Shown here piece by piece: positions 23,601 to 33,313 of a DNA stretch of 64,000 nucleotides (position 1 is its first letter; each line of letters starts with the position of its first letter). Made by a program: the position numbers and the translations under genes. The stretch is taken from NCBI GenBank assembly GCA_965240325.2, contig OZ251238.1:310001-374000 (forward strand). The letters are read 5' to 3'. The DNA comes from Rebecca billardiae RCC1528. Its lineage: Eukaryota; Protista; Haptophyta. The notes under the pieces are model-generated. The model saw only the letters and a program-made list of their open reading frames with translations, did not search any database and was not told where the DNA came from.

Positions 23601-23820
23601 CGAGATGCAGCACGACCTCGGGTCGCTGCGGGCAGCCGCGGGGCGCTCGCTACAGCGCGCTCTCGTCAGCGGCGTGGTGCGCGCAAAGAGGCGACCTCAA
23701 GGCGGCGCCCCCATCGCCGCTGTCGTCAGCCTCCCGGACAGCGGTTCGTCTGTCCTCCCCCGCCTCAGAGCACTCGCCGTCTCGCCTGTCGCGCGGGCCC
23801 CGCAGCCTCATGGCGACTGA
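20668..23820 (+). CDS. Receptor-like protein: signal peptide, PA-like ectodomain, 7 TM helices and cytoplasmic TIR/HET-like domain
   Basis: Intronless 1050 aa. The PA-like stretch is LRGTIVVH…CSLEQHARGAGVLGALG, followed by seven hydrophobic segments at about 21230-21960. The cytoplasmic part reads ANLFVSHAQ…FLWLDLATIRQH…IGSMVLVLDPW…LGRMWCLYE. Confidence 0.75.
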   Translation: MRAAKARRRGGRALAALALVSACRAHLVVRDGPAQFLGLELVAGPMRFSPAHFDVLAPMLVTRPGEWAYDACPPRYMGTRDLRGTIVVHLSPAFERCSLEQHARGAGVLGALGWAAFSFDATAGFGREPGGIRYWSHAADSRDLPEPPAFDLNQRAALPLMTHLRDRGGSVRVSVRPSRTPWEAMWEHPLAIGLAAVVGVQSGLNALYAVFALARVMRDVGGPRIDVAQAALALEAAANGGRVAAQLNPFLRLRWYDYETALRLQLVPEVLSTCATALLLVFVAQAAANAGLASLRVTRPAYQRALCALVLALSGLLAAAEVTRALGARLLGANSLRVVMVAGATLPLVVVAVALHADRMIRRSLADAPALLVRALLWRVRTSLLLSCLAAGVGAAFPIAYVRPWVCVGVFTAYACLSNATSYVQISAVVGSTSRFSPLAKAARALGSPCAPRLQHLRPDRGPTSYAGGRRVGASSARVGPDAPLTGVVGRFEPARPPRVSSRTPSLRGGFPGGASRVRAASVDLGAEDELSPRGDEGHLLLGVQLRHLEAWCDEHGVTHDMTSAEVGRMVAALTRESGQSLAEAHAHVRLPDGTGAVGEANLFVSHAQACSFRQLLSAVRLHAAFCNLDERSLFLWLDLATIRQHDVQAGIRHIGNVISRIGSMVLVLDPWHSAVSLGRMWCLYEVVQCRLHPHVELQLALPPSELGDFLAALDNDASRVLKTLSSFDCRTAAASVADDRQRIHELIVATFAPPSERPSSRMARHHLSAVSSAVADALNQASFRAPGSSTSAARSRECDGAALDAFNAEVRKALLRALSLASWRGVGPAHSSRRCSHSDSQSGPPPTSSSGSRSNSPSPASTRKFPPLGLRSNPSTPAIPRRQPPDDAVALPRADASPPGQAQRAMSEPHACADGSSKGMGTCTAAVGLVGAERSHSMPSPATRAAGSVSALPVAAEPTRGQAGFADGSDARAGGHGEMQHDLGSLRAAAGRSLQRALVSGVVRAKRRPQGGAPIAAVVSLPDSGSSVLPRLRALAVSPVARAPQPHGD

Positions 23821-24179
23821 CAATGCGAGCGTCACTGGCGCTGAGCAGGGTCACTGATGACGCCCAGCGCCTCCACGTGAGTCCACGCGGGCGCGGCCGG
23901 GCCGGCCGGCGACGACTACACTGACAGACCGGACGCGCGCATGATGACGCAATGATGCCAGCAATAATGATGGCCAAGTATAGGCGCAATATTTATTTGC
24001 CAATAATCGTCCGCCGGCCATCGGCATCGCGCTGCCCCACGGCGGGCGGAGCCCCTGGCCCGCCCTGGCCGCCCTGGCGCTGGGCGGCGCGGTACGGCCG
24101 GGCGACGGCTGACTCACCGCATCCGGCATGCGCATGGCATCATCATCATCCCGGAATCGTACAGCATGCATCAGCGCAG

Positions 24180-24217
24180 TATTATATATATATATATATA
24201 TTATATGTATATATATA

Positions 24218-24316
<99 letters not shown>

Positions 24317-24317
24317 C

Positions 24318-24372
<55 letters not shown>

Positions 24373-24401
24373 GAGAGAGAGTCAGAGAGAGAGAGAGAGA
24401 G
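24180..24401. repeat. Compound microsatellite (TA)n-(GA)n
   Basis: Read directly. Confidence 0.98.
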
Positions 24402-24649
24402 TCAACGATCGGCCGGATGATGCGTCATCAGAGTGTGAATCTGGCAGCTGGCTTGCCCGAGCAGCGTGCGCGTGTCACCGAGATCGAATCTGCGGTAACT
24501 TTGATGAGCCTCCTTGATGAGCGGACACGGCTGGCATACTGCAGCTTTGTCACCGTCCAATAAGCATAGAAGATGAATACGACCGCTGCCGGCCATTTGT
24601 ACTCCAGGTACCCCCATCAATGTATGATCGACCGGCTGTAGATGAGAAA

Positions 24650-25130
24650 GCCAATCGATGAGCTGGAATATTGCTGGGCGACCGAGTTCGTCGTCATTGA
24701 TGCATCATAGAGGCGTGTATGATGCTTATTATGGCGGGAATGGTGAGCGCGCTTGTGGTGGTTGCTCCGCCAGAACGATGAATCGTTTGTATCTGCCGTG
24801 CTGTAGTCGAGCAGGTGTAGCGCGCTTCTTAGCCGCTTCACCAGCGGTCGAGGCCGGCTCAGCTGGAGGCGCGGGGTGCCGAGGCAAGGGGCTGCAGCAA
24901 GCGGGCGACGGTGCGTCGAGGTCGATAATAGCCAATTGGATCGTGGCCCTGACGAAGCTTAGTACGACGCAGCGGGCAGGGCAAAGTCGATCGGCGGGTA
25001 GTATGGCCACGTATACTTCTCGCCAGCGGACACAATCGATTATTGTGCCATCAATAACACCACATATATATGTCGCTGTCGTTAGGCAACTACCAGGCGG
25101 CCTGTGCGCAATCGTCCTGCCTGACACTCG
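24650..25130 (-). pseudogene. Possible degenerate tyrosine-recombinase fragment (DIRS/Ngaro type)
   Basis: Minus-strand pieces in different frames: DRLCPARCVV, KRLRSALHLLDYSTAD, then SF/x/GATTTSA after a frameshift. These echo the YR motifs LCPV and LR.AL..LG…HSFR.GAAT. GC is lower than in host genes. Confidence 0.25.
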
Positions 25131-25309
25131 ATGACATCATCGAGATTCGAGTGTCAGGCGGCCCAGATGCGAGATGGACCGCGACGGTGGCATGACAATA
25201 TTCCCGTTCCGATCGATTCAGATCGACGACTCAGAGTAGCGGCTGCTGCTCGTGCCTGCTGCCTGCCCCAACGTCCACCCAGCGTGTACAGCGTGCGCCA
25301 CACGCACGC

Positions 25310-26149
25310 TCAGCTGGTCTTCTGCTTCGCCGTCTTGGCCGCGCCGGCCGAGAGCGCCTCGAGCGCCTCGAGCACGAAGCCCTTGAGCAGCGCCCACACG
25401 ACCACCAGCTCGTACACGCCGCGCCCGCGCACGCACGCCGACTCGCCCTCGCATGGGTGCAGCGCGCCGAAGTAGTAGGCGAGGGAGCACGCGAGGGAGA
25501 AGGCGAAGGAAGTACCCAGCGCATCGTCCGCATTCGCGAGGCCCGCCGAGAGGCCGTGCTTCACGAAGAGCCGCAGGATGCCGCCGCCGAGGTTGATCGA
25601 CATCGCGCACAACACCGGGAACGTGACCGCGCCCTGCGGCACGCGCGCGTAGGCGACCTCCATGTAGTTGAGCCCCGTCGTGAAGGCGTCGATCACGCCC
25701 ATCGAGTCGAGCACGCGGAGGACGAGCCTGTGGCCCAGCATCCTGTACACGATGTCGCCTGGCGAGAAGGTGACGAGTGAGTAGCACAGCACGTGCACCG
25801 GGAAGATGGTGGCATGCGTGAAGGCGCTCGGCGGCTGGTTCATGAAGAGGATGTTGACGATGACGTTGCCGCCCATGGCGAACAGCACGAAGCACGCGAA
25901 CACGCCTGTGAGCCAACCGGGCTGCTCTGACAGCGGCAGCGCTTCACGCCACCGGCGGTAGGCGATGGCGGCCGAAAACGCGTTGCCCCACTGGAGAGGC
26001 CAGGGGTACGAGGTGCGCGCGGCCGTGACGACCGAGGCCATCGGCTCGGCGGCGATGCGCGCAATGTCACCCACCAGCCATGCTGCCGTGTCCACCGCCA
26101 GGATCGCGCCAGCCTCGACGGCGGCCGCTGCGTAAGCTACCACGGCCAT
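25310..26149 (-). CDS. TRIC (TMEM38-like) trimeric intracellular cation channel
   Basis: Multi-TM protein with duplicated Gly motifs FAMGGNVIVNILFMNQPP and INLGGGILR. Likely start is ATG 26149 (MAVVAY). Confidence 0.75.
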   Translation of the reverse strand: MAVVAYAAAAVEAGAILAVDTAAWLVGDIARIAAEPMASVVTAARTSYPWPLQWGNAFSAAIAYRRWREALPLSEQPGWLTGVFACFVLFAMGGNVIVNILFMNQPPSAFTHATIFPVHVLCYSLVTFSPGDIVYRMLGHRLVLRVLDSMGVIDAFTTGLNYMEVAYARVPQGAVTFPVLCAMSINLGGGILRLFVKHGLSAGLANADDALGTSFAFSLACSLAYYFGALHPCEGESACVRGRGVYELVVVWALLKGFVLEALEALSAGAAKTAKQKTS

Positions 26150-26643
26150 TCGTATTGATGACGTGATTACCGCGGGCCTCGTGGGTGGCGAATCGCGGCG
26201 ATTTCCGTTCGCCCCGGTGATGAGCCGGAATGTCGTCCGGACCACCACAGGACAGGCACGACATGTAGTAGTTATGGTACAGCTAGCTACGCTGCTACGC
26301 CTACTACCGCCCTTGCCCTGACCCAGCAGCTGCAGCGCTGTCGCTCTCCTCTGCGGCAAAGACCATCAAAGTTGAGATAGCGAGGCTACGAAACCGCGCC
26401 AAAATGTACGGATATGAATATCTAGTGATGACTCAATGAGTGGCTTGTCCTTGAGCAGACATGCTGATATAAAGTGTGACTGATGCCAGTCCGATCGACA
26501 AACTGACTGAGCTTGATCGACAACTTAATGCAGTGCCAGTGGCCGGCAGGCTGCCGCGGTCGTCCCGGACCCGGTCGACACCGCCGGGGCGAGGCCGCGA
26601 GGGGCCGCGGCGGCAGCGGACGCTCGCGCCAGCGAGCGCGGCC

Positions 26644-27972
26644 TCACGCGTCGTGCCGCCCCCTGCGCCTGCGCCGGTGCGATCTGTCATCGTCCTCGTC
26701 GTCGTCAGCGCCTGCGGCGCTGTCCGGCGGCGGCGTGGCGCTCATCAGGCTCTCCGTGTGCTCAGCGTCGAGCGCGGCGAGCTTGGCGGGCACCGCGCTC
26801 TCGCGGGCCCACCAGAAGCCCGCGTCGAGCTCGGCGGTGTACAGCTCGCGCAGCTCCTCCCCCAGCGCCGCGCGGCTCACCTCGTCCACCTCGCCCTCGT
26901 CCACGTACCGCGCCTTGAGCACCGCCTCCTCCTCGCCCACGAACGCCTCGAACACGCGGACGGTGTCGTTGCGCCGCTGCACCTCCCAGTGCACGCGCAT
27001 GCCCGCGGCGTGCGCGAGGATGGGGAGCTGCAGCCGCAGGGCCTCGCGCCAGAGCCACCAGCGGCGGAACGCGCCCTCGCTCCGCGCGAGCATGCGCCCG
27101 TCCAGCGCCGCGCTCACCACCAGCTGCCGCGCGCTCAGCCGGCGGTTGACGTCGTCGATCGTCGCGTCGACCAGCCGGCCGTACCGCAGGCCGAGCTCGG
27201 CGACCTTGAGGCGGCGGTAGCTCGAGGCGCCGGGCTGGGGCGGCGCGTCGGCGGAGCACTCGTCGCCCCACACCGGCAGGTCGCCGTCTGCCGCCTCCTC
27301 CTCCTCCGGCTCCGGCTCGCGGCGACGCCGCAGCTGGCGGCGCGGCGGCGAGACGAGCTTGCTGGCCGAGGGCAGGCTGAGGCCATGGCCGGCACTGTCG
27401 AGGCGCGCGCGGCAGTGCATCGACCAGAGCACGGCCTGCAGGTCGTCGGCGCCCACTTCCGCCGAGTCGTCGGCGTCGTCGTGCACCTGCGCGTAGAAAA
27501 TCACGTCCCGCACCGACGAGCGCATGCACACGCCGTGCGGGATCGTCGCGGACAGCACGACGGCCGCGCAAAAGTCGGGCAGCTCAATCTCGCGGCCGCC
27601 GTCGTACGCGACGAGGCTGGAGAGGTCCTCGAAGACGCTGAGCGCGCGCGAGAGCGTCGCCGGCTCGGTGATGTCGTCACCATTCGTCGTCTCCAGGGTG
27701 ATCACCAGCGTGTCGTCGTGGCCGGCGAGCGCCGGGTCGTCGCCCAGCGCGCCGCCCGTCTCGGGCGCGTGCGCCCCAATCATGTGCGCGGGCAGGACGA
27801 GGAGGAGGACGACGCCTGGGATGAAGGTGCACACGAGGACAATGGCGAATATGGTCCAGAATAGGCCGCCGCCCTTCCTCGGCTCGTCATCCTCCGCAGC
27901 ATCGGCGTCCTTCGCGCCCTTCGCCGGGGCCTCCTCGTCGTCGAAAGTTGGGCTGGCGTCCACTCGCGACAT
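26644..27972 (-). CDS. Hypothetical single-pass membrane protein
   Basis: 442-aa ORF with host codon bias, an acidic N-terminus and a TM segment LFWTIFAIVLVCTFIPGVVLLLVL. Confidence 0.65.
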   Translation of the reverse strand: MSRVDASPTFDDEEAPAKGAKDADAAEDDEPRKGGGLFWTIFAIVLVCTFIPGVVLLLVLPAHMIGAHAPETGGALGDDPALAGHDDTLVITLETTNGDDITEPATLSRALSVFEDLSSLVAYDGGREIELPDFCAAVVLSATIPHGVCMRSSVRDVIFYAQVHDDADDSAEVGADDLQAVLWSMHCRARLDSAGHGLSLPSASKLVSPPRRQLRRRREPEPEEEEAADGDLPVWGDECSADAPPQPGASSYRRLKVAELGLRYGRLVDATIDDVNRRLSARQLVVSAALDGRMLARSEGAFRRWWLWREALRLQLPILAHAAGMRVHWEVQRRNDTVRVFEAFVGEEEAVLKARYVDEGEVDEVSRAALGEELRELYTAELDAGFWWARESAVPAKLAALDAEHTESLMSATPPPDSAAGADDDEDDDRSHRRRRRGRHDA

Positions 27973-28157
27973 GATGTTGTTATTGCTCGGTCGCTGCGCA
28001 CTCTCAACTCGTGGCAGGCAAAAGCCAAAATCTGGCCAGCCGTCTTTTAACGTTCAAGTCCGTCCGGGAGGCACCGGACTCGCAGGTGCGCTCGCTCGGA
28101 GAGACGTCGAGCCACACTGAGCAAGCCAGCCGTGCAGCGTGCTGGTGGGGTGGGACG

Positions 28158-28454
28158 ATGGCGGTCCCCCGCTCGATGATGAGCGCCCTCTTCCTCGTCA
28201 TCAATGCGCACATTCTGACTGCCTTCCGCGCGCACCCGGCCAAGTTTACCGCCGTGCGCCCCTGCAGCTTGTCGATGCGGCCCATCGCCATTTCTCAGCC
28301 TGCGCCACAGCTCGGCTCCCTCGTCTCCATGAACGGCGATGACGAGGGTGGCCCAGACATGTTTGTCGTGTACTTCGTCGCCATTTCTGTCGCAGGCTAC
28401 GTCGGTATCATCCTATACGAGTTCCTGCGCCTCAAGCTCACGGGGCAAATATAG
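28158..28454 (+). CDS. Small single-TM protein with a bipartite plastid-type presequence
   Basis: Signal peptide ending …ILTA-F, an Arg/Ser/Pro transit-like region, and a C-terminal TM (FVVYFVAISVAGYVGIILY). Confidence 0.55.
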   Translation: MAVPRSMMSALFLVINAHILTAFRAHPAKFTAVRPCSLSMRPIAISQPAPQLGSLVSMNGDDEGGPDMFVVYFVAISVAGYVGIILYEFLRLKLTGQI

Positions 28455-28916
28455 CGCAGGACGGCGCAGCCATTTCTCCGCAGGAACGGCACCACTCGGC
28501 GACTCAGATCGGGAGAATGGCTCCGGGCAGACCGCCGCGCGGTGGCAGATCGGCAGGCTGCAACCCACGTCCAAGATGAGCACTCCGGCCGACGCGCACG
28601 AGCAGCAAGTTGCACGCTTTCGCGCCGCGAGGCTATGCGCGGCATGCGGATCTACGAGGGACAGCCGCGAGGTGCGGCGCAGTGCGCTAGGCCAGCCCGA
28701 TTATCGGGCGTCGGCGGTCGGCGAGGGCCACCGGGCCGCAGCGGCGCAGCTACTTACTCGGTCCATACGGTACAGTATGGGGGTAGCTTTCTTGATTGGA
28801 ATCTCAAGATTCACATAGGACATCAAGAAATAGACAAATAGTGGGTTGCTTGCCACTGGCGCTTGGCGCCGCCATCGCCTGATCAAGAGCAGCAACCAGG
28901 CAGGCAGGCGGCCAGC

Positions 28917-31679
28917 ATGGCAAGCGACTCCAACTCCGTGCGGGCGGGCCAGCTCGGGAAGGGCGGTGGACTGTCCCGGCTGGGTGCCGGCACGGAGGAC
29001 CGGCTTCTCGCGCTGAAGGAGAAGGCCGAGCGCGCGAATAAGTCGCGCGAGGAGGAGGAGGGCGAGGTCGAGGCGAGCTTCCGCGCGGCGTGCCTCGAGA
29101 TCATCCTGTACCTCCTCTTCGTCGTCATCTTTGCGATCGTGACCTGGGTGCGCGGCGGGCGGCGAGCGCGGCTTGGCCGGCCCCGCGCGGGCGTACGCGC
29201 GTGATAGTCCCGTGCGTGCGCGGCGGCGCGCGCGCCGACGGCTTGCTGCGCGCACACCACGCGCCTCCGCCCGCCGCGCCGCGCTCGCAGATGAGCGCCA
29301 TCCACGTCGCCTACCCGTACGCCAGCAAGATCAAGGACGTGGTGTACGGCGACCCGCCTGAGTCGTTCGAGGACATATTCAGCGAGGTGCGCGCCTGCTC
29401 CCCGCGCGTCCGCGCGCGCCGGCGCGCCGCGGCCGATCCGCGCGCGCCCGCCGGCCGGTGCCGCGCCACGCGGCGCCGTGCGCGCAGACCCAGTTCTGGG
29501 ACTACCTGGAGGGCCACCTCGTGAACCAGCTCTTCGTGAACACGGACTACCGCGGGACCGAGCTGCCCCGCCACCGGCTCGGCTACGTCCTCGAGGTCGA
29601 CAAGATGATCGGCGCGGTGCGCTTCGAGCAGAAGCGCGTGAAGCTCGACCGCCGGCGCTGCGCCGTGCCGCCCGTGTACGAGGAGCTGATCCCAGCTTGC
29701 TACCCGCGGATACGCACAGAGTTCGACGTGGATAGCCAGGCGTTCGGGCCGGAGGACCGGTTCGAGCCGGTCTCGACTGGCTTCTTCGTCGACGTCGGCT
29801 TCAAGCGCTTCGTCGAGGACATCCCGAACGACGCGACGCCGGACGAGGCGATCGAGCGGCTCGAGTCCCTGCGCAACGACTCGTGGGTCGATCTGCAGAC
29901 GCGCGAGGTGCACGTCAAGTTCACGGTGTACAACCCGGCGGTCGACCTGTTCTGCTACGTGGACCTCGAGTTCGCCTTCTTACACACCGGCGGCATCGCG
30001 GTGAGCTCCAAGTTCAGAACCATCTCCATGCTGCGGCAGTGGCTGCTGCTGACGCCCACGCGCATCTTCTTCCCGCCCTCGGTCGAGCACGAGCTGCTGT
30101 TTGTGCTCGAGCTCGTCTTCCTGCTGATCGTGCTCTTCATGCTGGTGGGCGAGGTGCGGCAGTTCGCGAGGTTAGGGTTCTACATGTACATCTCGTCCGT
30201 GTGGAACGTCATCGACGTGCTCAACCTCTCGCTCTTCATCATCTTCTTCTTCTACCGCTTCTTCTTCATCGGTGCGGCGCACGGAGGGGCGCGCCCGCGC
30301 GCGCGCTTTTTCGCGCGCCACTCGCCACTCGCGCGCTCAGCCGCCGCTGCCGCTCGCGCGCGCCGCACGCGCTGGGGCGCGCAGGGCTCACGTCGCTGCT
30401 CAACTTCCGCCCCGCGCCGGACACGTTCACCGAGTTCGGGTACATGGCCGAGCTCGTGTACCAGTCGAACAACTTCACCGCGTTCAACTGCGTGCTCACG
30501 TACATGAAGATGTTCAAGTACCTGCAGTTCTCCACGCGGCTCAGCCAGCTCACGCACACGCTCACCGAGGCGAGCGAGGACCTGGCGGGGTTCCTCTTCA
30601 TGTTCCTGCTCGTCTTCATGGCGTACGCCTTCTCGTTCCACATGGCCTTCGGCATGGACGTCGCGTCCTTCCGCGACTTCACCAACTCGTACTTCACGCT
30701 CTTCCTGATCATTCTCGGAGAGTTCGACTTTGAGGAGCTGCGGCTGTCCAACGACCTGCTCGGCCCGCTGCTCTTCATCTCGTACATCGTGATCGTGTTC
30801 CTGATCCTCTTCAACATGTTCCTCGCGATCATCGGCGACGCGTACGTGCGCGTGAAGGAGCGCACCTCCGCGTACGAGGACCCCTTCATGCGCAACCTGC
30901 GCGCGGGCCTCAACGCGCGCAAGCAGCGCCGGCTGCGCAGGCTCGAGGCAACCATCGACCGCGCGGACGACGACGGCGTCATCACGGCCAAGGAGATCCG
31001 CGACATCGAGATGGACCTGCGCGAGATCCTGGGCGACGCGGAGGTGCGCGCCGAAGCGCGCGGCGCCGGGCGCGCAGCGCGCGCGCGAGGTGGCGCGCGC
31101 GGCGCTGAGGCACGCGCACGACGCGCGGCTGATGCGCGCGGCCCCGCCCCGGCCCCGCCCCGCCGCTCCCGCGCTGCTGCGCGCGCGCAGGCGGAGGACA
31201 TCCTCGCAAAGGTGGCGGACGACGACACCACCTACTTCTCGCAGGAGGAGGCGAAGAAGCTGATGGAGCGCATCGTCGAGTCGCGCGAGAAGCTCGAGCG
31301 CGAGGCGAAGCGCACCGCCGAGTCGGACGGAAACCGCATGCTGCCCGAGGAGATTGAGGCCAAGGACCCGGCGTTTGCGCTGCGCATCTCCGCGGCCAAG
31401 GCGGCGCGCGAGAAGGTGGAGCAGATCGAGCAGACGCAGCGCCAGCTCTTCGACTCGGTGCAGTCGAGCCAACGGGTGCGCCGCCGCGGCACGTGCGCGC
31501 CGGCGCATCCCGCCTCGCCCCGTCGCCCCGCCCTCTCAGCGCCCGCGCCGCGCTCGCCGCGCCCGCGCTCCGCCCGGCGTGCGCAGGCGGTGATGCTCAA
31601 GATCAACTCACTCACCGACACGATGGACATCATCGCCAACAAGGTGGGCGCGCACTCGACGGTGACGGGCAGGAGGTAG
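28917..31679 (+). CDS. PKD2: Polycystin-2 (TRPP) cation channel
   Basis: Introns at 29148-29290, 29387-29487, 30272-30384, 31044-31190 and 31476-31586. Motifs include IGAVRFEQKRV, WVDLQTREVHVKFTVYNP, WNVIDVLN, KMFKYLQF, LFLIILGEFDF and LFNMFLAIIGDAY. The tail is EF-hand-like/coiled-coil. Confidence 0.93.
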
Positions 31680-31930
31680 TGCCGTACGCTGATCCTCCGT
31701 GGCAGGGGGACCGGCGCGCTGTGCGAGATGGCCACGGCGCCTGCCGGACGCGCGCACGTCACAGACATTGGACCGGACGCCGGACGGGGGGTCGGAGTCG
31801 GGGGGGCGCCCCGCGCGACCGCCGAGAGACAAAAGCGCCGTTGGGGGTTCGCGACGACGAAAATGATCTCGAATCCGAAAATTCGCGTCGTCGGTTTCAG
31901 CTTGCCCGCGCGCCGTACCCGCCGTCAACG

Positions 31931-32830
31931 ATGTCGTCGCTGCACACACAAGTCACCGCGAGCGTTTCGGAGGAGTACCGCGCCGAGCTGCTGCGCGTGC
32001 AGCAGACGCGCACGCTGAGCGAGGAGGCGGGCGAGTTCAGGTCCTACCTCGTGCAGCAGGGCGTCGTCGAGGAGACCGTCAAGGTCCTCCTCGGCCTGCT
32101 CGAGGCAGACGACGAGGACAGGCCCGAGGACGGCCGCGCGTTCCTCAAGGCGTACTTCGATGCGAAGCAGCTCGACCCTTTCGTGCAGACGTCGCCCAAG
32201 GTGGATATCGAGGCGATGGTCGACGAGAACGAGAAGCTGCGCGCCGACCACGACCGGCTCGCCTCGCAGGTGAACGAGCTGACCGCCCTGTGGGCAGACA
32301 AGCAGCTCAGCCTGTGGGCGCCGCACCTCGACCGGCTGATCGCCGCCTTCACGGTGGACGGGCAGGAGGGGCTCGTGGACATGGTGGCGCTGCACGCGGC
32401 CGCACGCGCAGCCATGCACGCCGCCGCGCCCGCCGACGACGCGGACGCCGACGCGGGCGCGCGCCCCGAGGACGAGCCGCAGACGTGCACAGACGGCCTC
32501 GTTCGCGACTGGGCGCTCGATGAGTTTGGGGACGCGGAGCCGGGCTCGGCGGAGAGCCTCGAGGCGTTCGTGCGGCTGCTGCTGCCGGCGGACGCCCCGG
32601 CGTCCGCCGAGGGCGAGAGCGAAGCCGCCCCGCCCGCCACGGCCGAGCCGCGCGCTGCGGTCGAGAAGGTTGAGCGGCTGCTGCGCGACGCGGCTGAGGC
32701 GGAGGAGCAGGCGGCGGAGGAGGAGGCGGCCGAGGCGGAGGCGGCCGCACTCGCGGCGGAGGAGAGGCGCGCGATGGCGGCCGATGCCGAGGCGGACGGC
32801 TCCGCCGCGGTGGACGGCTCGGCGACGTGA
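31931..32830 (+). CDS. MYCBP/AMY-1 (FAP174-like) domain protein with acidic C-terminal extension
   Basis: EFRSYLVQQGVVEETVKVLLGLLE…RPEDGRAFLKAYF…DIEAMVDENEKLR matches the MYCBP pattern FRxYLEKSGVLDxLTKVLVxLYEExEKP. Confidence 0.65.
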   Translation: MSSLHTQVTASVSEEYRAELLRVQQTRTLSEEAGEFRSYLVQQGVVEETVKVLLGLLEADDEDRPEDGRAFLKAYFDAKQLDPFVQTSPKVDIEAMVDENEKLRADHDRLASQVNELTALWADKQLSLWAPHLDRLIAAFTVDGQEGLVDMVALHAAARAAMHAAAPADDADADAGARPEDEPQTCTDGLVRDWALDEFGDAEPGSAESLEAFVRLLLPADAPASAEGESEAAPPATAEPRAAVEKVERLLRDAAEAEEQAAEEEAAEAEAAALAAEERRAMAADAEADGSAAVDGSAT

Positions 32831-33235
32831 TCGGACTGCGCGCGCAGAGGGCGACGCAGCCAACTACTCGTGAGTCACGTGCGCGGACCGTGTCGCGCGT
32901 CACTCTGTCATCTCTGCTGCTCGACTGCTGGCGTTATTGACGTTCAGCAGACTTCAGCAGGTCGTCCAGGAGCATTGTTAACGCTATCAATGATCAGATC
33001 GAGCGCCTGAATCCCAGCACCAGATCCGGGGGCCCTGAGGGCATGCACGGCCGGGTTCGGGGCCGGCCAGGTTGCAGTCCTCCCGACCCGGCCCCGGGGC
33101 CGCCGGGGCGGGCCCGGGCCCCGCCGCGGGCCCGGTCGGAGTTGATGGCGGCTCGCGGCGAGTTGCCAGAGGCTGGTCGACCCCTGCCCCACAGCAGCGA
33201 GCCACCTGCTTCGTTTCGAGTCTCCTAAGTCTCTC

Positions 33236-33237
<2 letters not shown>

Positions 33238-33287
<50 letters not shown>

Positions 33288-33295
33288 TATATATG
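33238..33295. repeat. (TA)n microsatellite
   Basis: Read directly. It lies just 3' of the cyclase stop codon. Confidence 0.95.
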
Positions 33296-33313
33296 TAATA
33301 CGTATGTACTTCA

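Noticed and set aside
23952-24563. 203-aa ORF with (YI)n(ER)n
   Set aside because: It is a translation of the microsatellite.
26644-27972. Patched/NPC1 homology (IELPDFC…CMRSSV)
   Set aside because: Only a short resemblance, with no sterol-sensing multi-TM domain.
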